Assembly (NCBI GenBank): GCA_003670425.1
Contig: QWRL01000004.1
Location: 1-37,853 of the forward strand
Reading direction: 5' to 3'
DNA from: Chloroflexota bacterium
Lineage (GTDB): Bacteria > Chloroflexota > Anaerolineae > Anaerolineales > UBA11657
Length of the DNA stretch: 37,853 nucleotides
The first letter of the stretch is position 1; each line of letters starts with the position of its first letter. This document shows, piece after piece, positions 36,307 to 37,853 of the stretch. The position numbers and the translations under genes are program-made. Under the pieces are notes generated by a model. That model made no database searches and was not told the origin of the DNA. It saw nothing but the letters and a program-made list of their open reading frames with translations.

Positions 36307-37758
36307 ATGACTTTTCCGGATTTGAATCTGGCAGCAGCAGTGCACCTGTTGTTCCTTGCAGGTTGGGCGAGTGCTTTGCTGCTGGTGGATCTGTGGATTC
36401 CCAAAACGCACAAGACTGTAACTGGCTGGCTGGCGTTTGCGGGACTTGCAATTGCGCTGGTGCTGGTCAGCGCGCAGCAGGGCTCGCGCCAGGCAGCTTT
36501 CGGCGGTACGCTTGCCACTGACGGCTTCTCCACGCTGATGAACTTCATCTTCATTGGCGCGGGCATGCTGTCTGTGTTGATGGCGCTCAACTACCTGCGC
36601 CAGCACGATCTTGAGCGCGGCGAGTTTTACCCGCTGCTGCTGTTTTCGATTGTGGGCATGATGGCCATGGGCATGGCAAAAGACCTGATCATCGTGTTTT
36701 TGTCGCTGGAGCTGTTGTCCATTCCGCTGTATGTGCTGGCAGGCTTTGGGCGCCCGCGCATTGAGTCGGAGGAAGCGGGCCTCAAGTATTTTCTGCTGGG
36801 GGCTTTTTCATCTGCGTTCCTGGTGTACGGCATTGCGCTGGTCTATGGCGCGACACAGGCCACCAGCTTTGCCGGCATCGGTGTTGCGCTGGATGCAGGG
36901 CGCGCGGGGTCGCCATTGTTGCTGGCAGGCGTGGGCCTGATCATGGTGGGCATGGGCTTCAAAGTGGCGGCTGTCCCCTTCCATATGTGGACGCCGGACG
37001 TGTATGACGGTGCGCCTTCGGTTGTGACGGCATTCATGTCGGTTGGCGCGAAGGCGGCCGGCTTTGCTGCCCTGGTGCGGGTGTTGTTTGACGCGCTGGC
37101 GCCGCTGGCTGCAGAGTGGGGTGTGGTGGTGGCCACGCTGGCTGCCTTGAGCATGGTGCTTGGCAACGTGGCTGCGATTGCGCAAACATCCATGAAGCGC
37201 ATGCTCGCATACTCCTCCATTGCGCATGCGGGCTATGTGGCCGTGGCCGCCCTGATTGATGCGCAGGGCGCCCAGTCAAACTTTTCGGCCGGTGCTGCGA
37301 TTTTCTATTTGGGGGCTTATGCCCTCACTAATCTGGGTACGTGGGCGGTGGTGCTGGCGGTTGAGAAACCGGAGCGCATGACCACGGATGTGGCAGACTA
37401 CGCTGGCCTCGGCCGCACCCAGCCCGCGCTGGCCGCAGCCATGACACTCTTTATGCTGTCGCTGACGGGGCTGCCGCCATCGATTGGGTTTGTGGCGAAG
37501 TTCTATGTGTTCCGGGCAGCACTGGAGGCGGGCTATACGTGGTTGGTGCTGCTGGGTGTGGTTACAGTTCTGATCTCTGCCTACTACTACTTGCGCGTGA
37601 TCGTAGTGATGTGGATGAAAGAAGGCTTGGGCGAGGCTCTTCTGCCGCGCGCGCTGAACTTCACCATCTGGTTTACCGCTGCCGGAACGCTCGTCTTTGG
37701 CATTGTGCCGGGCCCCTTAATGCGTTTCGTCGAAACCTCGGTGCGCGGAATTTTCTAA
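36307..37758 (+). CDS. nuoN: NADH-quinone oxidoreductase subunit N
   Basis: EAGLKYFLLG, FKVAAVPFHMWTPDVYDGAP, KRMLAYSSIAHAGY and GFVAKF motifs. Confidence 0.96.
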   Translation: MTFPDLNLAAAVHLLFLAGWASALLLVDLWIPKTHKTVTGWLAFAGLAIALVLVSAQQGSRQAAFGGTLATDGFSTLMNFIFIGAGMLSVLMALNYLRQHDLERGEFYPLLLFSIVGMMAMGMAKDLIIVFLSLELLSIPLYVLAGFGRPRIESEEAGLKYFLLGAFSSAFLVYGIALVYGATQATSFAGIGVALDAGRAGSPLLLAGVGLIMVGMGFKVAAVPFHMWTPDVYDGAPSVVTAFMSVGAKAAGFAALVRVLFDALAPLAAEWGVVVATLAALSMVLGNVAAIAQTSMKRMLAYSSIAHAGYVAVAALIDAQGAQSNFSAGAAIFYLGAYALTNLGTWAVVLAVEKPERMTTDVADYAGLGRTQPALAAAMTLFMLSLTGLPPSIGFVAKFYVFRAALEAGYTWLVLLGVVTVLISAYYYLRVIVVMWMKEGLGEALLPRALNFTIWFTAAGTLVFGIVPGPLMRFVETSVRGIF

Positions 37759-37787
37759 CAGGCTGCAGGTTTGGAGGAGTGTAATTG

Positions 37788-37820
37788 CGAGCCCGTCCGA
37801 GTGACGGGCTCGTCTTGTTT
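37788..37820 (+). terminator. Intrinsic terminator closing the nuo operon
   Basis: 10-bp stem CGAGCCCGTC / GACGGGCTCG with a 5-nt loop, followed by TCTTGTTT. Confidence 0.8.
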
Positions 37821-37853
37821 GAGGGTAAGCAAGCTGCGTTGTCTGATGATCAC

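Noticed and set aside
37773-37784. SD-like GGAGGAG followed by GTG-TAA after nuoN
   Set aside because: Spacing is wrong, no ORF follows, and it lies just before the terminator.
1-37853. CRISPR arrays, IS elements, prophage or defence genes, rRNA
   Set aside because: No spaced direct repeats, transposase or integrase motifs, or unexplained large gaps; almost all sequence is accounted for by housekeeping genes.

Overview
GC-rich bacterial core-genome segment. The fused glyQS, the form of the sigma factor and the nuo operon suggest Chloroflexota/Anaerolineae (inference). Left end: a minus-strand pair (metallophosphoesterase and cystathionine gamma-synthase/lyase), then a plus-strand envelope cluster (M23 peptidase, frameshifted GT4 glycosyltransferase, NDP-sugar epimerase, WecC-like dehydrogenase). 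Next is an aromatic amino-acid operon (aroH, two tandem ACT-domain DAHP synthases, tyrA, aroA, aroE, aroC), then tRNA-Gln(TTG), glmU, cdd, recO, fused glyQS, dnaG, an RpoD-like sigma factor and a complete nuoA-N operon ending in a terminator. No mobile element or CRISPR array was seen. Main observations: (1) an unannotated Tyr/Phe-rich leader peptide (MNAMYFGGYYYF...) with mutually exclusive protector, antiterminator and terminator pairings upstream of aroH, i.e. a candidate ribosome-mediated Tyr/Phe attenuator; (2) tandem DAHP synthase paralogues that differ at allosteric-pocket residues; (3) a NuoL lateral helix lengthened by about 29 residues, as in '2M' complex I, although the operon has only one nuoM; (4) a Rex/CRP-like operator over the nuo promoter. 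All calls are by eye; no searches were run.
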